Of a stretch of DNA of 64,000 bases, positions 1 through 14,439 are shown piece by piece. Source of the DNA: the human T2T-CHM13v2.0 reference genome, Homo sapiens; the NCBI RefSeq assembly GCF_009914755.1, contig NC_060938.1; one strand, 5' to 3'. Under the pieces are notes generated by a model. That model was not told the origin of the DNA and made no database searches. It saw only the letters and a list, made by a program, of their open reading frames with translations. Made by a program: the position numbers and the translations under genes. The first letter of the stretch is position 1, and every line of letters begins with the position of its first letter.

Positions 1-1023
1 TTAGATTGATTTCTTTTGCCAACACAGCATTGGGCAAAATATCATAGAACAGGGCAAAAAGAAGCATGAGACAAGGCTTTTATCTGGGGCTCAGTAAGTC
101 TTTCTGGAAAGATGGGAAGGGGATGGTCTTTTGGTACCAACAGGCCCACAGCTTGTTAGTTCTTATTGCCATCTGCTATAGCCAGGGTTAGAGATGGTTG
201 TTCTCAGATAACTCGGACTGTCATTTATACTAAGAATTACTGGGTCAATCAGTCAATGTTCTCCCCAGGCCTGGCTTCGAATGCCAGCAGGAGAGCTTAT
301 GGGAGGTCAGGGCCCTTCTGTTTCCCTCCCAGAATTCTGGAACACCTCCTATGTCCCTGGTATCACCCTTGCTCACCCACTACAGAGCCATCATCCAGGA
401 ACTTGGGCACCCATCTCAAATCCAGGGCCCTGGTGGTGGGGCAGCCTTAGGATTGTGTCTCTGCTCATGGCAGGGGCTGTGGTATGCTGTGCACAGATCA
501 CTGGGCTCTTCTTTAATTTCACATCATTAAACTGACCCCTGAATGCCAGATACATCTTCTAAAACCCCCTCTTAACATGTCATCACTCAAGAATCCACAG
601 TGGAGTCAAATTGCCAAAAATCAAAGCTTTTCATCCAAGTGGTCAAATTCCTTCTCTCTGTCTCCTCTCGTCTTATCCAGCTTTGTTTTCTTATTCCAAT
701 TTAGTTTTTTATTATGAAACATTTTAGACGTACAGAAAGTATAGAAAATAGTATTATAAATGTTCAAGCACCAAACATTCAACTTAAGAAATAAAGTAAT
801 GACAGTTACATTTGCAGCACCCTCCCAGTGCTTTGTGAACAGACCAGAACAGATCGGGGAGCAGCCACAGCAGCAGTTGAGCTAAGTGTTTCAGAGCAAG
901 GGCTGTAGAGTTGGCTGTGGAATTCCCAGGGGGAATTCTAGCTCGGTACTTCCTTGCTGGGCAGATTTTTTGAAAATCATATAACCCCTCAGAGCCTCAA
1001 ATTCCTCATCTATAAAATGGGAT

Positions 1024-1290
1024 AGCACTTTGGTAGGCTGAGGCAGGAGGACTGGTTGAGGACAGGAGCTTGAGACCAACCTGGGCAACACAGTGAGACT
1101 CTGTCTCTACAAAAAAATTAAAAAAATTAGCTGGGCATGGTGATGCATATCTGTAATCCCAGCCACTCAGGAGGCTGAGGTGGGAGGATCACTTGAGCCT
1201 TGGAGGTCAAGGTTGCAGTGAACTGTGATTGATCACGCCACTGCATTCCAGTCTGGGCTACAGAGTGACATCTTGTCTAAACAACAGAAA
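1024..1290 (+). mobile_element. Alu (AluJ-like, 5'-truncated)
   Basis: Dimeric Alu with J-type features, starting at agcactttgg. Confidence 0.9.
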
Positions 1291-1370
1291 AGGGATGATA
1301 AGATGTGTATCTGTGTGCCTCCCAGAGTTGTTGCAAGGATTAAGTTTAGTAGTAAGTAAAGTGCTTAGTT

Positions 1371-1836
1371 TACTATTCGCAGTAGCAAAGATGTGGAATC
1401 AACCCAAATGCCCATCAATGGGAGACTGGATAAAGAAAATGTGGTAGATATACACCATGGAATACTATGCAACCATAAAAAGGAATGAGATCATGTCCTT
1501 TGCAGGGTCATGGATGAAGCTGGGAGCCATTATCCTCAGCAAACTAATGCAGGAACAAAAAAACCCAAAGACCGCTTGTTCTCACTTATAAGTGGGAACT
1601 GAACAATGAGAACACATGGACACAGGGAGGGGAACAACACACCTGGGGCCTGTTGGGCGACGGTTGGGGGGTGGGGGAGAGCATTAGGAAAAAGAGCTAA
1701 TGCATGCCAGGCTTAATACCTAGGTGATGGGTTGACAGGTGCAGTAAACCACCATGACACACGTTTACCTATGAAACAAGCCTGCACATCCTACACACAT
1801 ATCCCAGAACTTAAAAAATAAAATAAAATAAAAAAT
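1371..1836 (+). mobile_element. L1 3' end (older L1PA, roughly PA8-PA13), 5'-truncated
   Basis: ORF2 C-terminus remnant (WNQPKCPS..DWIKKMW), 3'UTR and A-rich tail; TSD AAGTGCTTAGTT at 1359-1370 and 1837-1848. Confidence 0.92.
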
Positions 1837-2115
1837 AAGTGCTTAGTTAGTGCTGGGCACGAGGGGAACCCTCAGCAAGTGGTAGTCATGGTTACCGATG
1901 CTGGCTGTTGGGCTATCATCATCTTGGACTTGGTGCAGAGTACCAAGCTTATGGGAGAGCAGGAGCCTACTATGTTTCCCTCCTGGAATTCAGAGGAGGG
2001 ATGGGCCCCAGGGGAGCAGTTTCCCTTACTCTAGGGGAGAACCAGGCAGGAAGGTAGGGAATGTCCCTTGGTATATGCTGTGGGCCAAATGACTGGGGTG
2101 CTTGTTGGATTTCAG

Positions 2116-2274
2116 GTGCTCGTTCTGGCTGTGAAGCAGCTGTTCCCAGAGTTTGAGTTTATGTGGCTTGTGGATGAAGCCAAGAAGAACCTGCCTTTGG
2201 AGCTGGATTTCCTCAATGAAGGGAGGAATGCTGAGAAGGTGTCCCAGATGCTCAGGCATTTTGACTTCTTGAAG
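2116..2274 (+). CDS. ADCK1: ADCK1 internal coding exon (53 codons, VLVLAVKQLFPEFEFMWLVDEAKKNLPLELDFLNEGRNAEKVSQMLRHFDFLK)
   Basis: tttcag| acceptor, AAG|gtaggt donor; 159 nt, phase 0-0. Contains the ABC1/UbiB ELDFxxEGxN motif and joins in frame to the next exon. Confidence 0.96.
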
Positions 2275-2733
2275 GTAGGTGGGACGATGCAATGCAGGGT
2301 ATGGTGGTCTGGTGGAAGAGTGTAGCGGTATGTGGGTCCCTGCCTTGAGCATCCCTTTCAGGACATAATTGGGACATCTTCTTCCTGAGTCCTCTTACTG
2401 AGGATGAATGACATCACTGGTGATGTGCATTAAATCACTTGAAGGCAATTTGCAAAGAAATATCAAGTGTGATTGTTGACCCATTAGTCAATTAAACAGA
2501 TGTTTATTGAATAATCGACAACTACAAGACACTGAGCCTTAGCCAAGAACCTATATGCCGTGGTCTCTGCCTCTGTGAGGCATGGGATGGTGATGATGAT
2601 GGCGATGCTGATAGCTAACACTACTGTACGCTGGGACTGTTTTAAACACATGTGTTTTACCTTGGCTCATACAGTTGGTTCTTCTGTAACAAAACATATG
2701 TGTCCCTAGAAATACTGCAGTTATGGAAAATCA

Positions 2734-3105
<372 letters not shown>

Positions 3106-3265
3106 AAAAAAATTCATCAGTAATACAGTAATATAGGAAAGAAAAGAAGATAGGAATGAATAAAAACCAGTAGCATAGTTTTACACATGTTAAATGGCTA
3201 AGAAATACATAAGACCACAATACACATGGCACTTTACCTTGAGCCTGCTGTGGAAGTGGGCATCA

Positions 3266-3889
<624 letters not shown>

Positions 3890-4056
3890 CTATGTAATAA
3901 GAGACACTTAATGTGGGAAACAATATCAGATAATATGAAGTCGCAGCTGTCAGTGCCCCATGAGAAGTACGGCTTCTACGTGCTCTGAGGATTCAGAAGT
4001 AGGGACTCCCATGGCCTACTGGGTCAGGGCAGGCTCTGCTGAGAAGTTGGCACTAG

Positions 4057-4372
<316 letters not shown>

Positions 4373-4385
4373 CTGGAGCTGGTCC

Positions 4386-4712
4386 TTTTTTTTTTTTTTT
4401 AATTAATTATTTTATTATTATGATTTTTCTGAGTCAGAGTCTCACTCTGTCACCCAGGCTGGTGCGTAGTGGTGCAATCTCTGCTCACTGCAACCTCCAC
4501 CTCCCGGGTTCAGGCGATTCTCCTGCCTCAGCCTCCTGAGTAGCTAGGACTACAGGTGTGTGCCACCACACCTGGCTAATTTTTGTATTTTTAGTAGAGA
4601 CACGGTTTTGCCATTTTGGCCAGGCTGGTCTCAAACTCCTGACCTCAAATGATCCGCCTGCCTCGGCCTCCCAAAGTGCTGGGATTATAGGCGTGAGCCA
4701 CCGCGGCCGGCC
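4386..4712 (-). mobile_element. Alu (AluS)
   Basis: Full antisense dimer in tandem with the previous Alu. Confidence 0.95.
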
Positions 4713-7700
4713 GGAGCTGGTCTTTAAGGACCATCCTGGTGTTCTCTCAGAGCACACAGGAACTGGGGAGAGAGATGTATGCTACACCACTGTTCTTCCA
4801 ACACATTTGTCCTTCCTGAGGTGTATGCCTATTAAAACAGGGTTACCCCCTTTATCCCAACAGTGCAGGGCTTGGAGGGCTCTTCTGGTTGTCTACACTG
4901 AGCTTAGCTTCCAACTCTAGGATGGATCACCCTTCCCTCTTCTTTACCAGGCCTGGAGAATGCACGAGAGGGGTAACCAAGCCCTCAGGAGCTCCATGTG
5001 CAGGTTCTAGAGCCAACAGTCAAGCTGTGCTGTTCTTGGGGAGGATGGCTCAGAACATTGGATCAGGGAGAAGGGACTCTCTCATTCTTCCCTAAGGTGT
5101 CCTTTTGGCTTTTGAAGACATCATGAGAAATGGAGGAAGTGTCTATATTTTTGCTCTCCTGATTGACTAACAGGGATGGAATGACTGAAGATGTGTCTAT
5201 TCTAACCACTTGAGAATCCGCAGGAGGAAGAACCGCAGCTGTGTTGATCAGTGCAGTGTATTGACACATTGACTGTGGTGGAAGATAGAGCCCATGAAGT
5301 TTAGCTCTTTGTGTGTGGTGAGGGTTGGGTACGTCTCCATACTCCCAGTATGCTTGACTGGCATTTTGTTGGCTGCCATTGTCGGTGTGGATGTACAGAC
5401 CCTCTTGTGTGTGTAAATCCAGGAGTGCAGCCTAGATCTGGTGTCACTGCCCCAGCCTTGGAGCTCAAACCACCAGTTCAGTGAAAACTTGGCTCTTTGA
5501 GACAAGTGATAATGTTAACTAATTAGCATAATGCTATAGAGTCTAAGACATGCTTCTACTTGCTTATTCCATTTCTTTTATTCCCGAGCTTGTTGCTGTG
5601 CTGGGAGCTGAGGTTTGTCCCTGCTCTGGAAAACTTCTCATCTAGTGGAGGGACAGACACAGCAATGTGTTGTTGCAGTGCAGGTTTGTTAGCACCATGA
5701 CAGGCATTCATCTGTGTTTCTGTGGATTCCCAAGAGGAAGTACGTAATTCTACCCAGGATAAAGGGCTCTGGTGAGTGCTTCTAAGAAGTATTGACTATA
5801 GGCAATATATATTGATTATTTCTTCTTCATCAGGAGCTGCTGCATTGAACAGTCTGCAGGTACTATGGTGTTGAGTCCTTCCAGCAGGCATCAGCCCATA
5901 TTGCAGAGGACAGTTTGAGTAGAGGAGCTAGGGCAACATCCCAGATTTTCTGACTTCAAGTGTGGTGCTCCTCTCAGGATACTCTGCTGCCATTTACCGG
6001 CAGGGGTGCCCCTCAGAGCCAGAACTATGAGCCAGACAGAACCATCTCCTCTACTGTTCCCATGGAAACAGCAAAATTGTCCCCTGGCTGGGGCCAACTG
6101 GCAAGTGCCAGACCAAGACATGCAATAATAACAATAACACACATTTTTCAAATGAAGATGCCAAATGGGTAAATAATGAATATACCAATTTGACCTGCTG
6201 TTTCCAAAACTTGCACACCCTTCCTAAGACAGTGGTGGAATTAAGGCTCTTGAGTAATTAATTTTGCCTAAACACATAACAAGGGGGAAGTGAATTTTGC
6301 ACTGTGAACCCAGTTCAGCTCTTAAAACTGGAGATAGACTGCTTTTGCACACTGGCTCCCGATCACAACATCTGTGCATAATTAAGCCTCCGCAAAGACT
6401 TTACCTCTCAGTGTGTGAGGCATCTTCCGGTGCTTATGTGCGGTTTAAGAACCTCAGCCCTGTGCTATAAATCTCCCAGGCTCAGACAAGCACTGAATGC
6501 AAATATGGCGTCAGGGGGACTGGGAGAGGGTGAGGGGGCAGCTAGGCTGAATGATTAAGGCCAGGCTTAGTGGATCTGGCAGCAGAGCGTATGTGCCAGG
6601 GGATGGAAACAGGACAAGTGGTAGGGTTTGTGACTCACCTGGGGACAAGGTGGCAGGGGAGAAGCTTTATAACCACAGGGTTTGGGACTGGAAGTGATGA
6701 GACCATTTCTGTATGTGTGGAGGTGGGGATAGGTGTGCAGGGCCATGCCAGGGTTCCTTAGTGTGAGGTAAGGAGCCCAGGACTCTAGAAATTGTGGACA
6801 AACCCTGAGGAGATGTGCATGCTTTTTGGGAAGTATGATAACTTCCCATGAATCTCAAAGATTAGGAACTACAGATGGATAGTAATTAATATATAACTTC
6901 TTTTTTGCAGAGTGCTTTATATTCTTTAATTCTTTAATTCTTACAACAGCCTCACAAGGGAGGTGCCATAATCACCCCCATATCATCAGTTGGGAGACTG
7001 AGGCTCAGAGCTATCAACCCTTTGGGCAGGGTCACAAGGCTTACCACTAAGGGGAGGGAATAGAGGTAGCCTGCTCCAGAGCCTGCATGTTCACCCTCCA
7101 TATGGTTTTGCTCTGTGGGGAAGTTGTGAATTCCAGTGAACCGTCTAGAGCATAACTCTCAGCCCTGGTGTGTATCAGAGCCCTCTGTGAAACTCGATGT
7201 GGCTGTCCTAAGAGCAATCGATGTTTTTTCCAGCAGCTGCTAGTGTCTGGTTCCATGTTGAGTGCCAGTACTCTGCTCATAGTAGTGGGAAATGGGGGCG
7301 GAGGTGGGGTTGTGCTTCCACTGTAACCATTATCACCATATTTTTGGTGGAGAAACTGGTGTTCAGAGAGGTTATATAACTTACCCACAGTCGCACAGCT
7401 TTTAGGTGGCAGAGCCGGGGCTCCAGCCAGCAGCCTGACTCCAAATCTGCCGGTCTGACTGCATGTCTCCAGGCCTTCTGCTGTGCTGGACTCAGGCTCC
7501 AGGAGGACTGTGGGCCTAGGGTGATGGGCACTGTCTCAGACAAGCCAGGCGCAGCCTGTTTTGTGGGCATGTTGACCAAAGCATAGAAACAAAGCAGAAA
7601 TGTGAGGTCAGGGCCAGACTGTGAGGCTGAGGCCCAGGGTCTTGGGCTAAAACTTCTCTAATTGGTGCCCTCCTTCTTGGGGTCCAGATTGGCATCCGTG

Positions 7701-8325
7701 TGGGAGGCAGGAGGAGCCCACAGGAGGGAGGCCTCTGCTCTGTGGCAAAGAGGTAGAACCTGGACCCAGGGGTCCTAATGGTCAGGGTGTGACCCTGCTG
7801 GTGGGGCCGCTGAGCACCCTGGCCATGAGCTCCTTAGAGTTTCAGCTTGCTTTGTTTGGGGGTGGGATGGGGGAGTGCGGGGTGCTTATTGACTCTTTCA
7901 AATTTCTCTTTTTCATTTTTTCCTTCTTTGATGGAAGAAGCATAGGACAGGAAATGTGGGCGCTCACTTCACCCCACACCCCCAGGTCCTCCTGCCCATC
8001 TGGTGATTTAGGCGCAGCTCACTTTTTTAACTGAGCAGGAGCAGTTTGGCATTTTGCAGTCATTTCCACGTTATGTCTGTCCAGGGGCACCTGTGGTTCT
8101 GAAGCTCCCATGACAAATTCCACTGTTTCCCAGGTTTGATATTTTAGTCATTTCAGATTTAAGCAGCAGAAGCAAGGGGCACATTCTGTGGTTAGACTGG
8201 AATGGTGATGTTTGCAGGGAGACCAAAAAGGGGGAAACCGCAGTACACCCAGGACCCTGATGCACAAGCACAGAGAAGCTCCAGCCTGTGGGATTTCTGT
8301 TTCCACCTGTGACTCTTTCCTAGCT

Positions 8326-8326
<1 letters not shown>

Positions 8327-8367
<41 letters not shown>

Positions 8368-8540
8368 AGATGGAATCTCACTCCCTCTGTCACCGTGGCT
8401 GGAGTACAGTGGCGTATTCTTCACCCACTGCAACCTCCGTCTCCCAGGTTCTAGCGATTCTCTTTCCTCAGCCTCAGTGATCTGCCCTCCTTGGCCTCTC
8501 AAAGTGCTGGGATTACAGGCGTGAGCCACTGCGCCCAGCC
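8327..8540 (-). mobile_element. Alu with internal deletion and 40-nt poly-T
   Basis: Right arm joins the left arm at cagcctc|agtgatctgccc; middle A-rich linker absent. Confidence 0.9.
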
Positions 8541-8635
8541 CCTCGCTGTTTTTTAAGCTGCCTCTGGTGGGGCTGGCTAGAGATTTGACCTCTTGTCTCC
8601 AGAGCCTTAGGGGCCCACTGTCAAAGGTAGGTTTA

Positions 8636-8860
<225 letters not shown>

Positions 8861-9547
8861 AAACCGACAAAGCAACAATAGCAAACATGCACTCACTTTT
8901 TTAAAAAGAAACTTTTTGAAAAATGCCAAGCAAGTCTAAATTTTAAGTTCAAAGTATCAGTTTCACAGATTTCTCTATTGGCCCAGATTTTCAAATGGCA
9001 GAAACCGCAGTCAAGCAGCAAACCAAAATAACACCTTGCTTTCTGGTGGAAACTTTGTTCCAACTAGAGCATTTCACTTGTATGTACAGCCCCCATTTAT
9101 CCTCAGAGGTCCTTACTGAGATAGGGCAGAAACAATTCTGCTTTCCAGTGAGGAAGACTGGGATGTAAAGAAGTTAAGTGGCTAGTCTAAGACACAACAG
9201 TATTAGCAGAATTAGGAACAGGAAATAGGTCTGTTGACTTGAGGGCCACTATGTTATTGCTAGATGAATTTGGGTGGTCAGGGTAAAGGAAAATCTTACT
9301 CTCCAAAACATTTGAAAAAGCTGCCCATGTTTCTTTATTTGTAAGAGGAAATAAACTCCTCACAATTTGGGGGAAACTCGGCATGCTGGAAGCCCAGTAA
9401 CCCCTCCCTCCTGGCTGTGGGGGTACTGGTGGGTGTCCCTTGCTCACATGGCAGCCTGGTTGCATTCTAGTCTCTTGCCCGCTCCTGGAGAAATCTGTTC
9501 TCTTTTTGGTTTTTGAGTGTTATGAGAGTCAGAGAGGGTTGGAGAGT

Positions 9548-10335
9548 GTATGTTAGTAATGCATTTGTCTGTAGGCAACTGAAAGCCTCATTTAGAGTGC
9601 CTTAAACAAAAGAATTTGTTGTCTTCACATAGCAAGAAGGTTTGCAGTGGTTGCCTACTGACATATGGTTTTGGTGGTTTAACAGTACCAGAGCTGGCTT
9701 CTCAGATTTTTAAATTTTTTTATTTTTCCTCATTGTTGCAAGATGGCTGCTACAGCACCAACAGTCACATTCACATTCACTTTCGAGGCAGGAAGAGAAG
9801 TGGAAGAAGAGTAGCACTATGCAAATACCCCCTTTTTTTTAAATCAAGGAAATAAAAACCTTCCCAGAATCCCCTAGCAGGTTTCCATTTTTGTTCATAA
9901 GTCAGAACTATGTCACATGGCCATACCTACTATAAAGCAGGCAAGGAAAGTATTTAGGTTTTTTATTTGTTTGTTTGTTTTCAGACAGGATCTTGCTCTG
10001 TTGCCCAGGCTGGAGTGCAGTGGTGTGATGTATAAGGTCACAGCACACTGGCTTTGACAGCGATCCTCCCACCTTAGCCTCCCAAGCTGGGATCACAGGC
10101 ACGCACCACTATGCCTGGCTAATTTTTGTATTTACTGTAGAGACAGGGTTTCGCCACGTTGCCCAGGCTGGTCTTGAACTTCTGAGCTCAAGCAATCCAC
10201 CTGCCCCAGCCTCCCAAAGTGCTGGGATTATAGGTGTGAGCCACTCCGCCTGGCCCCAGTATTTAGTTTTTTTCATCTCTAGGGAAGAGGAGGGTTGGGA
10301 ATAGATGTTGGGTTAATATCCAATGTTGTCTGCCC
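9548..10335. mobile_element. Old MaLR LTR (MLT1J/K-like) interrupted by an Alu
   Basis: ccttaaacaaaagaatttgttgtcttcacatagcaagaag ... gcaagatggctgc ... gtcacatggccatacct motifs. Confidence 0.55.
9959..10256 (-). mobile_element. Alu (AluJ)
   Basis: Antisense dimer; flanking agtatttag duplication. Confidence 0.92.
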
Positions 10336-10844
10336 CAGGAAACGTGTTTTCCTACAGGAAACAGGCATGAGAAACAAAATTTATCATCTGGTTAAAACTC
10401 AGTCATTTGCTCAATACACACAATGCACCCATTACCTGGGTGAAATATTGGAGGCAGAGGGAGGAGTCCGAAGTAGGCCTGGTGGCGGGATGGGGAGAGG
10501 AAATATCCTTAACAGCAATGCCCAGGTGTGAGGTGTTCCAACATTTTCCTCCCAAGTCCCAACTTTAGTTTTGGCTCTTAACAGCATTAGAAGGCACTGA
10601 GGAGAGTTGGCAAAGCCGGTATCTAAAGGAGTGGGCGGAGGCCTGCTGAGCAGAGGTGGAGTAGCCAGCCTCCCTCTTGGCCTGGCTGTCCCATCCCCAC
10701 TGTCACCGCTGAGGTCCCTCCTGGGCCTCTTCTCCCTTGCTCTGGGAGGAGCCTCTGTTGCTGTCTGGCTCGCTGTGCCACATTGTCATCCTTGCCCGAT
10801 TCCCAGCTTCCCCAGACCATCTGACCTGTCCCTTCCTATCCCAG

Positions 10845-10961
10845 GTCCCCCGAATCCACTGGGACCTGTCCACGGAGCGGGTCCTCCTGATGGAGTTTGT
10901 GGATGGCGGGCAGGTCAATGACAGAGACTACATGGAGAGGAACAAGATCGACGTCAATGAG
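10845..10961 (+). CDS. ADCK1: ADCK1 internal coding exon (39 codons, VPRIHWDLSTERVLLMEFVDGGQVNDRDYMERNKIDVNE)
   Basis: CTGAC branch-like motif (10821-10825), pyrimidine tract and cccag| acceptor; GAG|gtgagg donor; 117 nt, phase 0-0. UbiB-type VP...RVLxME hinge region. Confidence 0.96.
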
Positions 10962-11569
10962 GTGAGGTCAAGAGCTCAGGGCTGCTGTGCCGGGGAACGT
11001 GGGCTTGGTCAAGGCTGCCCAGGAAGTGCCTGTGTGTCCAGGTGAGGCCTCAGAGTCTGGCCCCCTTGTCTTTAATAGGGCCCATTGTCTGGAGAATTAT
11101 AAACTTTGAGCAAGAAAGATTCTTTCAGGTCATTTAGGCCAGCCCTGTGCACACAGCGGCCTGCAGGGACATGCTGAACCCCTTCTGCCATTACCTGCTT
11201 TTCCTTTGTACCATCTGAGCCCCACAAAGCTAAGCGGCCACAGAGAACAATGATGCAAAATCAGTGGGACTTAATCCTTTTGGCTCTGTGGGGCCTGTCT
11301 GTTGTCTCTTCCCTCTTCCTGCCCTTCTCTCTCCTTCCCACTTCCCAGATCTCAAGGGATCAGGCAAAAAGGGGACAGCAGCAACCAACTGCATCAGCCT
11401 CCTAGAGCAGGAAAAAAGAGGTGGGCTTTGTGTGTCCCCCCTCCCATCCCCCTTGTCCCAGGGAATACTGGCCAGTGGGTAGGACCTGTCCCTCACTTTC
11501 TGCTTCTTGGTTGCACAGGGTCCCACAGGAATGGGTGGAGTTGTACTTTTTCAACAACATTCATAATTT

Positions 11570-11731
11570 CATTTTTATGTTTTTAGAGATGGGGTCTTGC
11601 TCTGTTGCCTAGACTGGCGTGCAGTGGCACAATCATAGTTCACTGTAATCTGGAACTCCTGGGCTCAAGCAGTCCTCCCACTTTGGCCTCTCAAAGTGCT
11701 GGCATTACAGGTGTGAGCCACGTGGCCAGGC
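11570..11731 (-). mobile_element. Alu monomer (FRAM-like)
   Basis: Single-arm antisense Alu. Confidence 0.85.
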
Positions 11732-12169
11732 TCAACATTGATCATTTTAATAGTGTCTGCTATATGCTAGGTATGGGGGCTCGCAGGGGGACCAGACCTA
11801 GTCCCCAGAGCTTAGCATCAGAGTCAGACACACATCTAAATCCTTGCTGTATCTCAGGCAGCGAGAGGGTGTGAGGAGAACCCCAGGGAGAGTGAGGAAG
11901 AGGCACTGAGGCCTGCCACAGGTTGGCGTCCCCAGCAGGATGAGTAGGAGTTTTCCAGGGAGTGGCTTTGCAAGAAGGGGAAGGGAATGGGTGAAGTTTG
12001 GCAGGGCTGGGGCAGGATTCCTTGGGGTGTGTGGGGAGATAAGGTAATGGTCTTGGGTGTGACCTTGAGGCACTGTGGAGTCACTTCAGGGTTTTGGGGA
12101 GTGCAGCAACATGTTCTGCCCTCTGGGATGGAAGGAAGGAAGTGGGCCACGCCCAGTGGAGGTAAATGC

Positions 12170-12476
<307 letters not shown>

Positions 12477-14355
12477 TGTGAATGCTCTTTTCTATTCCAC
12501 TCCCCATGTCCACAGGCAGTGCATGAAGATGAGCGTGAGCATGTGGTCCCAATGGGGAGTTGGCCCACAGGAGAAAGCCATACCTTGGCTCAGCAGATGA
12601 GCCCAGGGGGGTGGCAGGGGAGTGTGGTGGTTGCACAGGCCTCCTGGTGGCCATGTGACTGCTGTAAATGGGGTCAGTATCTGCCTCTAAGAGGGGCTGT
12701 GAAGACTATGTGAGTTAGGGTGCAAACAGTGCTAAGCACAGTGCCTGGTGTGTGGCTAGCATTCCAGAAGAGTAGCTGGGTGGTGGTTGTTGATTTCCTT
12801 ATATTATCTTTGGGCTCTGTTCTTTCTTTCTCCTTTTACCATTAGCATTTATTGCATGCCTAACTTCCCTGTGCCAGGCCCTTTTCTCCATAATAAACTT
12901 ATGAGGGTGGTCTCATTGTCTCCATTTTGCAGACAAAGAATCAGAGTCTCAGAGAGAGAAGGTCACACAGCTTAGCAGAGGTGGGATTGAGACCTGAGTC
13001 TCCCTGATTTCACTCTTCCTGTTAGGCCACAAAGGAGGGGCCGCATCAAAGTGCACAGAGCTGCTGCCAGGAGCATGGTGGGAACGTTTCTCTGTGGCTG
13101 GCTCAGGCCTTCTAGGAAAGCTGTTGTCCCCTGACTTAGGGAACAGTGCTTCAATAACCCATTCAAGGGCCTTGGGGTGTGTGGGATATGGGCAGGCTAC
13201 ACTGAAACAGATACCACTCTGTTTTACCCAGGGCAGCTTTGCCAATGCGTGAGCTGCCTATTGGACTTTTCTGGAAGAGTTCTGCTGCTTGGAGGGAAAG
13301 GGATGAGAAAAAGAGTTCATCCTTCTATTTTACAGATGGGGTGAAAAGTTCTGAGAGGGAGCAAATGTCTTTCCTGAGGTCACTTGGCCAGTAACACAAG
13401 TCAGGGCTTCTGACTCTGCTGCCTTCACTGGTGGCTTCTAGGGTGGTACATGGGAGGTGTTCAAGCAGAATACAGTCTTTGGTTCCAGTGGCGAAGGGAT
13501 TCGATGGGATGGGAGGCCACCTCTGGCCTTTCCTGAACGGCCTTAAAGGGAAACAGGGTCTGTCGCCTGCTGATCAGGAAATATCCCAGAGGCCTCATCC
13601 CCGCCAGGTTCCTGGCATTTACTTACTACCAGCTGTGGAGGCATTTTCATTCCAGCAACACCCTCAAGTCCATTAATCTCTTTGGATCCAGTGAGCCCAG
13701 AGCCGTAATGGTGTTTAATCAGAGGCAACGTTGATTTTCCAAACAAATGCAAACACAGAAAGGTGCGCTCTGGGTAGTTGTTTGCTTATGGCTGAGTGCT
13801 GTGCCTGGCCGGAGGGGGCAGCTAGGCTGGAGCTGGGCAGTAGGAGCTGGGCAGGGCGTACCCTCTGAGGACTGGTCTCATCTGCTTCTGCCTCCCCGCT
13901 CTTTTGATACCTTGTAGATAAAGCCAGTGGTCTGTGCAGAGCAGATCCTTGGTAGACATTCTTAAATTAGTGAATGGGTAAACAAACCAGCCTCACACCC
14001 TAGATTGGCCTCTACCAGGCAGGCCTAGGGGAGAGTGTTGGTTGTTTTCTTGTGGACATGCAGAATGGGGCAAGCTGATATCAGAGTTATTTGGGGAAAA
14101 ACAATAACTAATAATAATTATAAGCAACTAATATGTGCCAGGCATATGACACACATAATCTCTACTCATTACAGCTCTCCTATACAGTATATATTATTAA
14201 CCCTATTTACAGATGAGAAAGCAAATGCTCAGAGAGGTTAAACAACTTGCCCCGTATCACACAGCTAGCAGGGGTAGAACCAGGGTTTGAACTCAGGTCT
14301 GCATGACTCCAAAGTCCTTGCCCCTCTACCTTCTCCATTTCCCTGCCAGGGATCT

Positions 14356-14439
14356 ATAGGTTGGTGCAAAGGTAAATGTGTGTTTTGTTTTTTATTTTGG
14401 GCCATTGCAAAAACCACAATTCTTTTTGCACCAACCCAA
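14356..14439. mobile_element. MADE1 (Hsmar1-derived MITE)
   Basis: taggttggtgcaaa ... aaaaaccacaattctttttgcaccaacccaa: palindromic mariner TIRs flanked by TA. Confidence 0.88.

Larger units (their letters stand above)
985..1890 (+). mobile_element. MIR interrupted by an Alu and an L1
   Basis: MIR core (gcctcaaattcctcatctataaaatggg) resumes at about 1290-1370 and again at about 1849-1890. Confidence 0.7.
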
